Below, one piece after another: positions 6,940-14,432 of a DNA stretch of 14,432 nt (the stretch's first letter is position 1; each line of letters opens with the position of its first letter). The notes below the pieces were generated by a model, which saw only the letters and a program-made list of their open reading frames with translations, had not been told where the DNA came from and made no database searches. Origin of the DNA: Opitutales bacterium (GTDB lineage Bacteria; Verrucomicrobiota; Verrucomicrobiia; Opitutales; JABSRG01); assembly GCA_049599475.1 (NCBI GenBank), contig JBMYOQ010000093.1:1-14432 (forward strand), read 5' to 3'. A program made the translations under genes and the position numbers.

Positions 6940-8412
6940 ATGAAGATCCTTATTAACGGACTTATTTCAACATGCCTGCTGTTGTCTTCAGCACTCGTGT
7001 CAAATGGGGCGAAGCCGGCAGAGAAACCCAATATTATCGTGATCTTTACCGACGATCAGGGCTTCGCGGACTTGGGCATCCAGGGGCAGCTCTCTGATGT
7101 GAAAACGCCCCATATCGATCGATTGGCACGAGACGGCGTGCGTATGACTTCTGGCTATATCACAGCACCGCAATGCATCCCTTCACGTGCCGGTCTTGTG
7201 ACCGGTCGTTATCAGCAGCGATTTGGTCTGGATTCCAATGGAATCAGACCTTTACCCCTGAATGAGATGACGATTGCTCAGCGTCTCCAAGACGTTGGCT
7301 ACACCACGGGTATGGTGGGTAAATGGCATCTCGATCCGAACCACCAGTCGTCTGAATGGATTCAGGAGCACTTGCCGGAGAAATCGGAAAAGAAAAACCG
7401 CAAACGAGTTAAAATACCCAAACAACTCCGAAAAAAATACGATCCCGGGGCATTCGGTTTTACGGAAACGTTCTGCGGCAATATGAACCGATACTGGGCA
7501 ACCTATGACCTTCAGGGGAACGATCTTGCACCCGAGGGTGAATGGCTGAAGGCAAGTGGGTATCGGCTGGACATCCAGAGTGACGCTGCTGTCACCTTCA
7601 TCGATCGCAATCACGATAAACCGTTTTTCCTCTACCTGGCCTATTACGCCCCCCATGTGCCCTTGGAGGCTACCGATAAGTATTTGTCACGATTTCCGGG
7701 TGAAATGCCTGAGCGACGGCGGCACGCTCTAGCCATGATTTCTGCCATGGATGATGGGGTTGGTCGCATCCGGCAGACTCTTGAAGAATATGGCATCGAT
7801 AAAAATACGCTTCTATTTTTCATGAGTGATAATGGCGCACCCCTCAAAATGGATATGGAGGATCTCCCGCTTTCGAATGAAGGGGGGGCGTGGGACGGCT
7901 CGCGCAATGATCCTTTTGTCGGCGAAAAGGGGATGCTCTCGGAAGGCGGTATTCGTGTGCCCTATATTGTAAGCTGGCCCGGGACTGTACCCAGCGGGCA
8001 TGTGTATGAACATCCAGTCTCCTCACTCGATGTTGGAGCAACTGCCATCGCCGTAGCTGGAGAGCCTGTAGCTCCTGAACTGGATGGCGTGAATATCATT
8101 CCTTACCTGACTGGAGCCAAACTTGGCGAACCGCACGAGGCCCTCTATTGGCGTTTCTGGAACCAATCGGCTATTCGCAAGGGGAAATGGAAATTGCTAC
8201 AGGTGGGCAAAGATAAGCGGTATCTCTTTGATTTAAGCAGCCCGAAACACGAGACAGAAAACTTGATCAAAAAAAATCCTGAAGTGGCCAAGGCGATGGC
8301 AATGGAACTCGAGCGGTGGGCATCGACGTTGAAGAAACCGGGAATTCCCTCGGGCGAACTCCATGATGAGGAAAAGGGTTTCTACAGCAATTACTTTAAC
8401 GAAATCCAGTGA
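6940..8412 (+). CDS. Secreted formylglycine-dependent sulfatase (family S1, Cys-type)
   Basis: ATG 6940 gives a clean signal peptide (MKILINGLISTCLLLSSALVSNG/A), whereas GTG 6892 overlaps the upstream gene. Then KPNIIVIFTDDQGFAD and catalytic signature CIPSRAGLVTG with Cys codon at 7174. Further motifs GYTTGMVGKWHL, YYAPHVP, MSDNGAP and GEKGMLSEGGIRVP. Confidence 0.95.
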   Translation: MKILINGLISTCLLLSSALVSNGAKPAEKPNIIVIFTDDQGFADLGIQGQLSDVKTPHIDRLARDGVRMTSGYITAPQCIPSRAGLVTGRYQQRFGLDSNGIRPLPLNEMTIAQRLQDVGYTTGMVGKWHLDPNHQSSEWIQEHLPEKSEKKNRKRVKIPKQLRKKYDPGAFGFTETFCGNMNRYWATYDLQGNDLAPEGEWLKASGYRLDIQSDAAVTFIDRNHDKPFFLYLAYYAPHVPLEATDKYLSRFPGEMPERRRHALAMISAMDDGVGRIRQTLEEYGIDKNTLLFFMSDNGAPLKMDMEDLPLSNEGGAWDGSRNDPFVGEKGMLSEGGIRVPYIVSWPGTVPSGHVYEHPVSSLDVGATAIAVAGEPVAPELDGVNIIPYLTGAKLGEPHEALYWRFWNQSAIRKGKWKLLQVGKDKRYLFDLSSPKHETENLIKKNPEVAKAMAMELERWASTLKKPGIPSGELHDEEKGFYSNYFNEIQ

Positions 8413-8458
8413 GGAGGAAGGTGTGATTCCGTTGTGTAACAGGTATATAATTACGATT

Positions 8459-11452
8459 ATGATAATCAGGAATATAAAAAAAACCTACGTATCTCTCCTG
8501 CTTTTCTGTATGATTGTTGGTCTCCTGAGGGCCGACTCCCTTGTGGAGCGATTTCAGAGCCCTTTTGAAGATACTAAACCATGGTGTTATTGGTATTGGA
8601 TTGGCGGAGACATTACCGCAGAGGGGATCGCCAAAGATCTCGAGGACATGGCGGAAATTGGCATTTCGCTGGCGATGATTGGCAACGTCGATGTGAATGC
8701 GAAAACCAATAATGGCACAGGCAGCTTCGTCGAGATTCTTTCCCCAGAGTGGCGCGAATTGAAAATGCATGCCCTGCGTGAGGCGAAGCGGGTAGGAGTG
8801 GACATTTACTTCTTCAACTGCCCGGGTTGGAGTCAGTCGGGTGGACCGTGGATCCAGCCTGAGCAGTCCATGCGCCGTGTTATCTGGAGCGAGTTCGAGT
8901 CTAGTGGAGGAGCATTCAGACAAAAGGTTCGAGCCGAAGGTGTTCCCGGTGGGGGAAGTCAGGATATTGCGGTCTTAGCTGTCCCTCAGCTTAGCAAGGT
9001 TTCGATTGAAGCGGAGACTGTAGAAAACCAATATATCTTCTCACATAGTGAACCCTTTACCGCCCGATCACTTTTGATCAACGGGGCAGTGAAAGGTACT
9101 TTGTTCGCGGTCCGCAAGGGGGAACGCGAAGCTGTTGCGGATATTGATGTGAATGCTGCTTTTGCGAAGACGGACTTTTTGATGAAGGAGCCGCAAACGG
9201 TCAGCTTCCCGGATGTTACGGCTCAGCGATTTGAGCTCGATTTTGAGCCATCCGTAGGGCGCAAAAAGAGAAAGAAGTTGCGTGCCCAAGGGCCGGTGCG
9301 CGTGGTCATTTCATCCGAACCGAAAGTGGCTCAGGTGCTCAATAAGCAGATGGGACGCATGCACCCCACGCCCAGCCCAGGATGGGATTCTTATGTGTTT
9401 AAGGACAGCGTCGAGCCAAAGGACCTATCCGTATTGATCGATTCAAGACAGGTTATCAATCTGAGTGACAAGCTCAATGCCGATGGCGTATTGGACTGCA
9501 CACTACCGAATGGAGCGTGGCGGATTCTTTATTTTGGAATGGTGACGACTGGGAAGGTCAATCATCCGGCTGCACCAGAAGCCAGCGGGCTAGAAGTAGA
9601 TAAAATGAGTCGCGAGCACACCCGGCATCATTTCGATTCTTACGTGGGCTCGCTGTATCAGCAGATGACTCCAGAGGAAAAAGACGCGTTTAAAGGTATC
9701 ACCATCGATAGCTACGAAGTCGGGTCCCAGAACTGGACCGATGGCTTTGCTTCCGAGTTTGAAAAGCGGAACGGATATAACCCGATACCGCTGTTGCCGA
9801 TTTTGACTGGGACGGTCATCGATGGCGCCAAGCAATCGGATCAGTTTCTTTGGGACCTGCGCCGAACCGTTGCGGATATGATTGCCGAGAATTATCTCGG
9901 CGGCCTTAGAGATATTGCGGATGAGCACGGTCTAGCGCTCTGGTGTGAACCCTATGGGCACTGGGGCTTTCCCGGCGACTTTACCATCTACGGCGGTTAT
10001 GCCGACCAGGTGGGCGGGGAATTCTGGTCGAAGGGAGTTTTGGGAGACATTGAATGTCGTGCAACAAGTTCCGTTGCCCATACCTATGGTAAACACCGCA
10101 CCTTCGCCGAGGCATTTACCAGCCAACTGAACCTCGAAGATAATCCCTACAGCTTCAAGGCGCGCGGTGAGCGTATGTTCTCAGATGGCATTAATCACTT
10201 CGTCCTTCACGTCTATCTTCATCAGCCCCGAGATGGTGGGATGCCGGGAAGGAATGCGCATTTTGGCACCGCATTTCATCGAAATACACCGTGGTTTAAC
10301 GAATCGCAGAGCTGGATCAAATATCTGCAACGGTGCCATACGATGCTTCAGTGGGGCAATCCAGCGAATGATGTGCTCGTCTATATTGGCGATTTCGCGC
10401 CACAAATGACCGGTCCGCCGAATCCGGTGCCCGAAGGCTATCAGTATGACTATGTCGGTTCTGATGCGATCTTGCGCAAACTGGATGTGGTCGATGGGCA
10501 GTGGGTGACCTACGACGAAAACGACCCGCAGCGCATTGCCGCTCGCTGGGAAGTGATGACGATTCCCAACACGCTCAAATACATTCGCCCGCAGATCCAA
10601 GAGCGTATTGATGAGCTAGAGAAGAAAGGTGGACGGATTATCCACTCAGTTCCTGTTACGGCAGAGCAACTCGGTGCGCTGGATATTAATCCTGCAGTTT
10701 CGAATACCAGTTGCTCCATTCTTTGGATTGAGCGCAAGCACGATGATCAGCATCTGTTCTTCCTTTCCAACTTTGAGCAGGCAGGGGCCTTCACTGCCGA
10801 TTTGCGTGTTCAAGGTATGCAGCCGGAACTCTTCAATCCGGTGACTGGCGAAATCAAGAAACTCGCTCGTTTTGAAGAGACCGCGAACGGGACGAGAATT
10901 GAAATCGATGTCAAAGACCCTGCGGATTCGTTTTTCGTGATGTTTCGTGAAGAAACGACCACGCCGTCTGTCGTCGATGCGTCCGCATCTGTGAGTGAGC
11001 TCGACCTTTATTATAACGCGAAGAATGAACTCGTTGTAGAATCCGCAATGGCTGGAAACTACACACTTACTATGAGTGACGGCACTGAGCGTTCTGTATC
11101 AATTCACGAAAATGCCGCTTCCATTGCGATCGAAAATTGGAATACGGAAACGAGTGATCATGAAGGTTTTACCAATACCCATGTAGCTGAATTTGAATTA
11201 CGGAAAAATTTCGCAAAGGATCAGCGTGTTATTCTGGATCTGGGCAAAGTAGAGATCATGGCGGAAGTCACGCTCAATGGGAAAACTTTCGAGACCCTAT
11301 GGATGCCGCCGTTCACACTAGATGTGACCGATGCACTCGAATCCGGACGCAATAGTATTGATGTTCGAATTACATCGACCACGGAAGGGCAACCCGCACT
11401 GAATGGCCCTGTCTATTTGAAAACTCGGAACATGAAGGAAATGAATCTGTGA
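8459..11452 (+). CDS. Glycoside hydrolase family 106 (alpha-L-rhamnosidase-like) with C-terminal GH2-type beta-sandwich
   Basis: GH106-type motifs: KPWCYWYWIGGDITAEGIAKDLEDMAEIGI, NCPGWSQSGGPWI, GLEVDKMS, IDSYEVGSQNWT, WDLRRTVADM, GGEFW, SSVAHTYGK, AEAFT, GINHFVLHVYLHQP and YIKYLQRC-like WIKYLQRC. C-terminal LDLGKVEIMAEVTLNGK...LWMPPF...GRNSIDVRIT. ATG 8459 gives a normal signal peptide; the alternative start GTG 8423 has AGGAGG at 8412-8417. Confidence 0.9.
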   Translation: MIIRNIKKTYVSLLLFCMIVGLLRADSLVERFQSPFEDTKPWCYWYWIGGDITAEGIAKDLEDMAEIGISLAMIGNVDVNAKTNNGTGSFVEILSPEWRELKMHALREAKRVGVDIYFFNCPGWSQSGGPWIQPEQSMRRVIWSEFESSGGAFRQKVRAEGVPGGGSQDIAVLAVPQLSKVSIEAETVENQYIFSHSEPFTARSLLINGAVKGTLFAVRKGEREAVADIDVNAAFAKTDFLMKEPQTVSFPDVTAQRFELDFEPSVGRKKRKKLRAQGPVRVVISSEPKVAQVLNKQMGRMHPTPSPGWDSYVFKDSVEPKDLSVLIDSRQVINLSDKLNADGVLDCTLPNGAWRILYFGMVTTGKVNHPAAPEASGLEVDKMSREHTRHHFDSYVGSLYQQMTPEEKDAFKGITIDSYEVGSQNWTDGFASEFEKRNGYNPIPLLPILTGTVIDGAKQSDQFLWDLRRTVADMIAENYLGGLRDIADEHGLALWCEPYGHWGFPGDFTIYGGYADQVGGEFWSKGVLGDIECRATSSVAHTYGKHRTFAEAFTSQLNLEDNPYSFKARGERMFSDGINHFVLHVYLHQPRDGGMPGRNAHFGTAFHRNTPWFNESQSWIKYLQRCHTMLQWGNPANDVLVYIGDFAPQMTGPPNPVPEGYQYDYVGSDAILRKLDVVDGQWVTYDENDPQRIAARWEVMTIPNTLKYIRPQIQERIDELEKKGGRIIHSVPVTAEQLGALDINPAVSNTSCSILWIERKHDDQHLFFLSNFEQAGAFTADLRVQGMQPELFNPVTGEIKKLARFEETANGTRIEIDVKDPADSFFVMFREETTTPSVVDASASVSELDLYYNAKNELVVESAMAGNYTLTMSDGTERSVSIHENAASIAIENWNTETSDHEGFTNTHVAEFELRKNFAKDQRVILDLGKVEIMAEVTLNGKTFETLWMPPFTLDVTDALESGRNSIDVRITSTTEGQPALNGPVYLKTRNMKEMNL

Positions 11453-13005
11453 GAAGGCACCGATATGCTCTAGCGACTGTTTTGAGTATTCTACTGCTAT
11501 GCTTCGGGGCCAAAGCGATGGCGCAGAACGAGTCGCCTCCGAATGTGATATTCATACTGGCCGACGATCTCGGTATTACCGATGTCGCTGCATTCGCGAG
11601 TCACTTTACCGGGAAGAATACCGACGAACTGTTTTACGAAACCCCGCATCTCGATAACTTGGTTAGCAAAGGCATAGCCTTTTCGCAGGCGTATGCCAAC
11701 CCGCTGTGTTCGCCGACCCGTGCGTCAATTATGACAGGTAAAAATGCCGCACGATCTGGCTTCACCACGGCGACTCCGAAAATCCCCACCTATTTTCACA
11801 AGCAGCTGTCGGTGCCAACAGGATACAGTCCCCATGACGCAATTGAACACAAAGACAATATTCCAGAGCGTCATGCCTGGATTAATGGAATTACCAACAC
11901 CGGGCTGGAGCCTTCATCCGAAAACCTACCGAAGGTGTTGAGCAGCCATTATTCGGTTTTCATCGGGAAATGGCACCTGGGCGGCCACAATGTCGAAGCG
12001 CTGCAGCCTGCAGCCCACGGTTTTCATGAAGTTCCTTGGAGCAAAGATGCTGGGGGAACACGTTATTTTGCAAAAAAATCGAAAGACTATCTGACCGATA
12101 CGCTGACCGATCATGCCGTGGATTTTATTGACAATTACGGTTCAGAGCAAAGCAAGGGGATCTCGCAAAAGCCTTTCTTCCTATACCTATGCCATTTTGC
12201 GGTGCACACCCCCATCCAAGCTCCTAAAGCAAGCATCGAGCACTTCGCCAACAAACCACAAAAAGGAACCCTCAGGCATGAAAACGCAACGTATGCTGCG
12301 ATGATCAAGCACCTTGATGATTCGGTCGGGCGCATCATGGAGACGCTCCAAGCGCAGGGGCTCGATCAGAACACATTGATTGTTTTTGCTTCAGACAATG
12401 GAGGCGCCAAATACACAGGCTCCACAGATAATGCTCCGTTCAAAGGAGGCAAAGCCACGATGTATGAAGGCGGGGTCCGTGTACCATTGGTGTATTACAT
12501 GCCGGGTAAATACGAAGGCGGCCGTTGGTGCGATGCCGTCGTTTCAGCCTATGATCACATGCCGACCTTGGCCGCCATCACCGGGAACACCATACCAGAA
12601 GGGCTTGATGGCATCAGTTTGACCGGTCTACTCGCGGATCCTAATTCGCAATTAGCCGAGCGCTCCATTATCTGGCACTACCCCTTTAACGTGATAGTCA
12701 AGCACCCGAACAATGATCTGCCACTCACGCCGCATACGGGTATGCGCAAGGGTGATTATAAGCTACTCTGGGACTGGCATGGGAAACTGGATCTGTATAA
12801 CATTGTCGAGGATCCATACGAGACAAAGGACCTGTCGAAACAATTACTCGAACTCACTCATTCGATGTTTGAGGAAATGCAGAGCTGGTTGAAAGCAAAT
12901 GTGAAGCGGCACTACATGCCGCAATACAACACGGCTTACGAAGCTTCTGGAGACAAGCGACCTTATCCTTTTCGTGATTTGAGACAGCCCTGGATGTCGC
13001 AGTAA
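11449..13005 (+). CDS. Secreted formylglycine-dependent sulfatase (family S1, Cys-type)
   Basis: GTGA overlap with the GH106 stop. Signal peptide ending ...AKAMA, then PPNVIFILADDLG and YETPHLDNL. Catalytic signature CSPTRASIMTG with Cys codon at 11707. Further motifs IGKWHLG, HFAVHTPIQAP, ASDNGG, GGKATMYEGGVRVP and WHYP. Confidence 0.95.
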   Translation: MRRHRYALATVLSILLLCFGAKAMAQNESPPNVIFILADDLGITDVAAFASHFTGKNTDELFYETPHLDNLVSKGIAFSQAYANPLCSPTRASIMTGKNAARSGFTTATPKIPTYFHKQLSVPTGYSPHDAIEHKDNIPERHAWINGITNTGLEPSSENLPKVLSSHYSVFIGKWHLGGHNVEALQPAAHGFHEVPWSKDAGGTRYFAKKSKDYLTDTLTDHAVDFIDNYGSEQSKGISQKPFFLYLCHFAVHTPIQAPKASIEHFANKPQKGTLRHENATYAAMIKHLDDSVGRIMETLQAQGLDQNTLIVFASDNGGAKYTGSTDNAPFKGGKATMYEGGVRVPLVYYMPGKYEGGRWCDAVVSAYDHMPTLAAITGNTIPEGLDGISLTGLLADPNSQLAERSIIWHYPFNVIVKHPNNDLPLTPHTGMRKGDYKLLWDWHGKLDLYNIVEDPYETKDLSKQLLELTHSMFEEMQSWLKANVKRHYMPQYNTAYEASGDKRPYPFRDLRQPWMSQ

Positions 13006-13021
13006 CTGAAATTAGAACACT

Positions 13022-14305
13022 ATGAAAAGCGTATCCAGAGAAGAACGACACAGTGAATTTTCGCGGCGGCAGTTTATGTCGGCTGCCGGTAAGGTCGGGG
13101 TGGCTCTGGGGGCTGCCGGCATGGCAGGATCAACCGCTTCCGGGGAGGTCGGTTCAAAGAAGAATCGAAAACTGAAACTGCCGAGGGATGCCGATGGTAT
13201 AGTGATCTCCGGTTTCGAGGCATCAACAGAAGGCGCTAACTATTGGGGCGAGGGCTGGGAGCCTGTTTCTGAGCGAAAGATCAAAGTAGGCATTGCGGGC
13301 AATGGATTCTGCAAATTTGGTCAGACTTGGTTCTATCAAAACCATCCAAATGTCGAAGTGGTCGCAGCAACGGATCTGGATCCCGGGCGATGTGTAGAAC
13401 TCGCTGAAGCTGTGGGTGCAAAGAAGATTTACACCTCCTGCGAGGAGATGATCAAGGATAAGGAAATCGAAGCCGTTTATATCGCAACCGATGCTCCGAG
13501 TCATGCCCGTCTATCGATCATGGCCCTGGAGCACGACAAGCATGTTGCGGTGTCCTGTCCGGCCGTCTTTGGCTTTAAGGCCTTTGAAGAAGCCGATGCG
13601 CTTTTCGACGCAGTGAAGCGAAGCGGCAAGGTCTACATGATGAATGAAACCTCTTCGTTTCGACCGGATAACTATAATGCCCGGGTTCAATATCAAGCGG
13701 GAACACTTGGAGATATTAAGTATTCAGAAGGTGAATACTATCACAGTTACATGAGACCGCCGGGGAGTTTTAATCCTAAAACGGGAAATATTGATCTCAA
13801 TGGATGGCGACACGGCATGATTCCGATGTGGTACGCCACGCATGCCACGGCGTACTATGTTTCCATTACAGGGGGGCGCTTGACTGAAGTTTCTGCTCTG
13901 GGCACACGGAGCGAGAATTCAGCGTTTCAAGCCGAAAATAACGCCTACCAAAACCCATTTGGCAATGAGGTCGGGCTCTTTAAGACAAGCGACGGTGGCA
14001 TCTCCCGCATGGCGGTCGCCTGGGATATGAAAAACGCACATGGTGAAAAAGGCCGCGTGTATGGTAGCAAAATTTTTGGAAAGCGAACGATCAAACGTCC
14101 GCCCTTACCTCCGGGAGCCAATGGTCCGCACCACGGGGATTCTCACGGCTACCTGACGAACGATTTTATCGAGTCCATCCTGTTGAATAAATACCCAACA
14201 GTCGGCATTAGCGAATCGCTGAATATGACACTAGCCGGTGTGGTCGCACATCAGTCTGCTCTGAAGGATGGCGAGTGGATGAAGATTCCTCTCTACGAAC
14301 TTTAG
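13022..14305 (+). CDS. Tat-exported Gfo/Idh/MocA family NAD(P)-dependent oxidoreductase (GH109-related motifs)
   Basis: Twin-arginine motif SRRQFM (13061-13078) followed by an Ala/Gly hydrophobic stretch. Rossmann-type IKVGIAGNG, EVVAATDLD, YTSCEEMIKDKEIEAVYIATDAPSHA and ALEHDKHV. Further motifs LGDIKYSEGEYYH and WYATH, and a C-terminal SALKDGEWMKIP. Confidence 0.9.
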   Translation: MKSVSREERHSEFSRRQFMSAAGKVGVALGAAGMAGSTASGEVGSKKNRKLKLPRDADGIVISGFEASTEGANYWGEGWEPVSERKIKVGIAGNGFCKFGQTWFYQNHPNVEVVAATDLDPGRCVELAEAVGAKKIYTSCEEMIKDKEIEAVYIATDAPSHARLSIMALEHDKHVAVSCPAVFGFKAFEEADALFDAVKRSGKVYMMNETSSFRPDNYNARVQYQAGTLGDIKYSEGEYYHSYMRPPGSFNPKTGNIDLNGWRHGMIPMWYATHATAYYVSITGGRLTEVSALGTRSENSAFQAENNAYQNPFGNEVGLFKTSDGGISRMAVAWDMKNAHGEKGRVYGSKIFGKRTIKRPPLPPGANGPHHGDSHGYLTNDFIESILLNKYPTVGISESLNMTLAGVVAHQSALKDGEWMKIPLYEL

Positions 14306-14432
14306 GAGATACCGAACTCTATGACCTTTGGGAATATCATCTAGAATGTCTGATACCGCATCGCACAATCCTTGATCAAAAGGTAGCAACTGTGTCTCTA
14401 GTCTACACATAATTCCATTTTTCTGAGGCAAG

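Noticed and set aside
8363..8458. Longer N-terminus of GH106 from ATG 8363
   Set aside because: It overlaps the upstream sulfatase by 50 nt and buries the signal peptide. ATG 8459, or GTG 8423 with AGGAGG, is more plausible.
102..13696. Numerous 60-175 aa minus-strand and alternative-frame ORFs
   Set aside because: All lie within or across long, motif-supported + strand genes and show no recognisable domain. They are best explained as shadow ORFs.
14306..14432. Terminal non-coding stretch with small palindromes (TTGATCAA; TGTGT-N9-ACACA) and a 66-aa minus-strand ORF
   Set aside because: The stems are too short to call a terminator or operator. The ORF overlaps the oxidoreductase end and has no recognisable motif, and the context is truncated by the window edge.

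Overview
This window is a co-oriented (+ strand), tightly packed bacterial gene cluster for degrading sulfated glycans. It holds the 3' end of one sulfatase and five complete Cys-type formylglycine-dependent (family S1) sulfatases. It also encodes a DUF1080 (3-keto-glycoside lyase/hydratase-type) protein, a secreted two-domain protein of unknown function, a GH106 alpha-L-rhamnosidase-like enzyme, and a Tat-exported Gfo/Idh/MocA NAD-dependent protein with GH109-like motifs. Every complete protein appears to carry an export signal. No transporter, regulator, formylglycine-generating enzyme, RNA gene, CRISPR array or transposase is visible. By inference, this organisation suggests a marine PVC-superphylum polysaccharide degrader (Verrucomicrobiota, Kiritimatiellota or Lentisphaerota-like). 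Four things stand out: a recurrent Lys-rich C-terminal K-[NG]-K-K-K tail on four sulfatases; a DUF1080 plus Tat oxidoreductase pair suggesting redox (non-hydrolytic) glycoside cleavage; a candidate new CAZyme; and an inverted pair of GTAG-type REP-like elements in one spacer. All family assignments come from motif recognition by eye, and no database searches were run.
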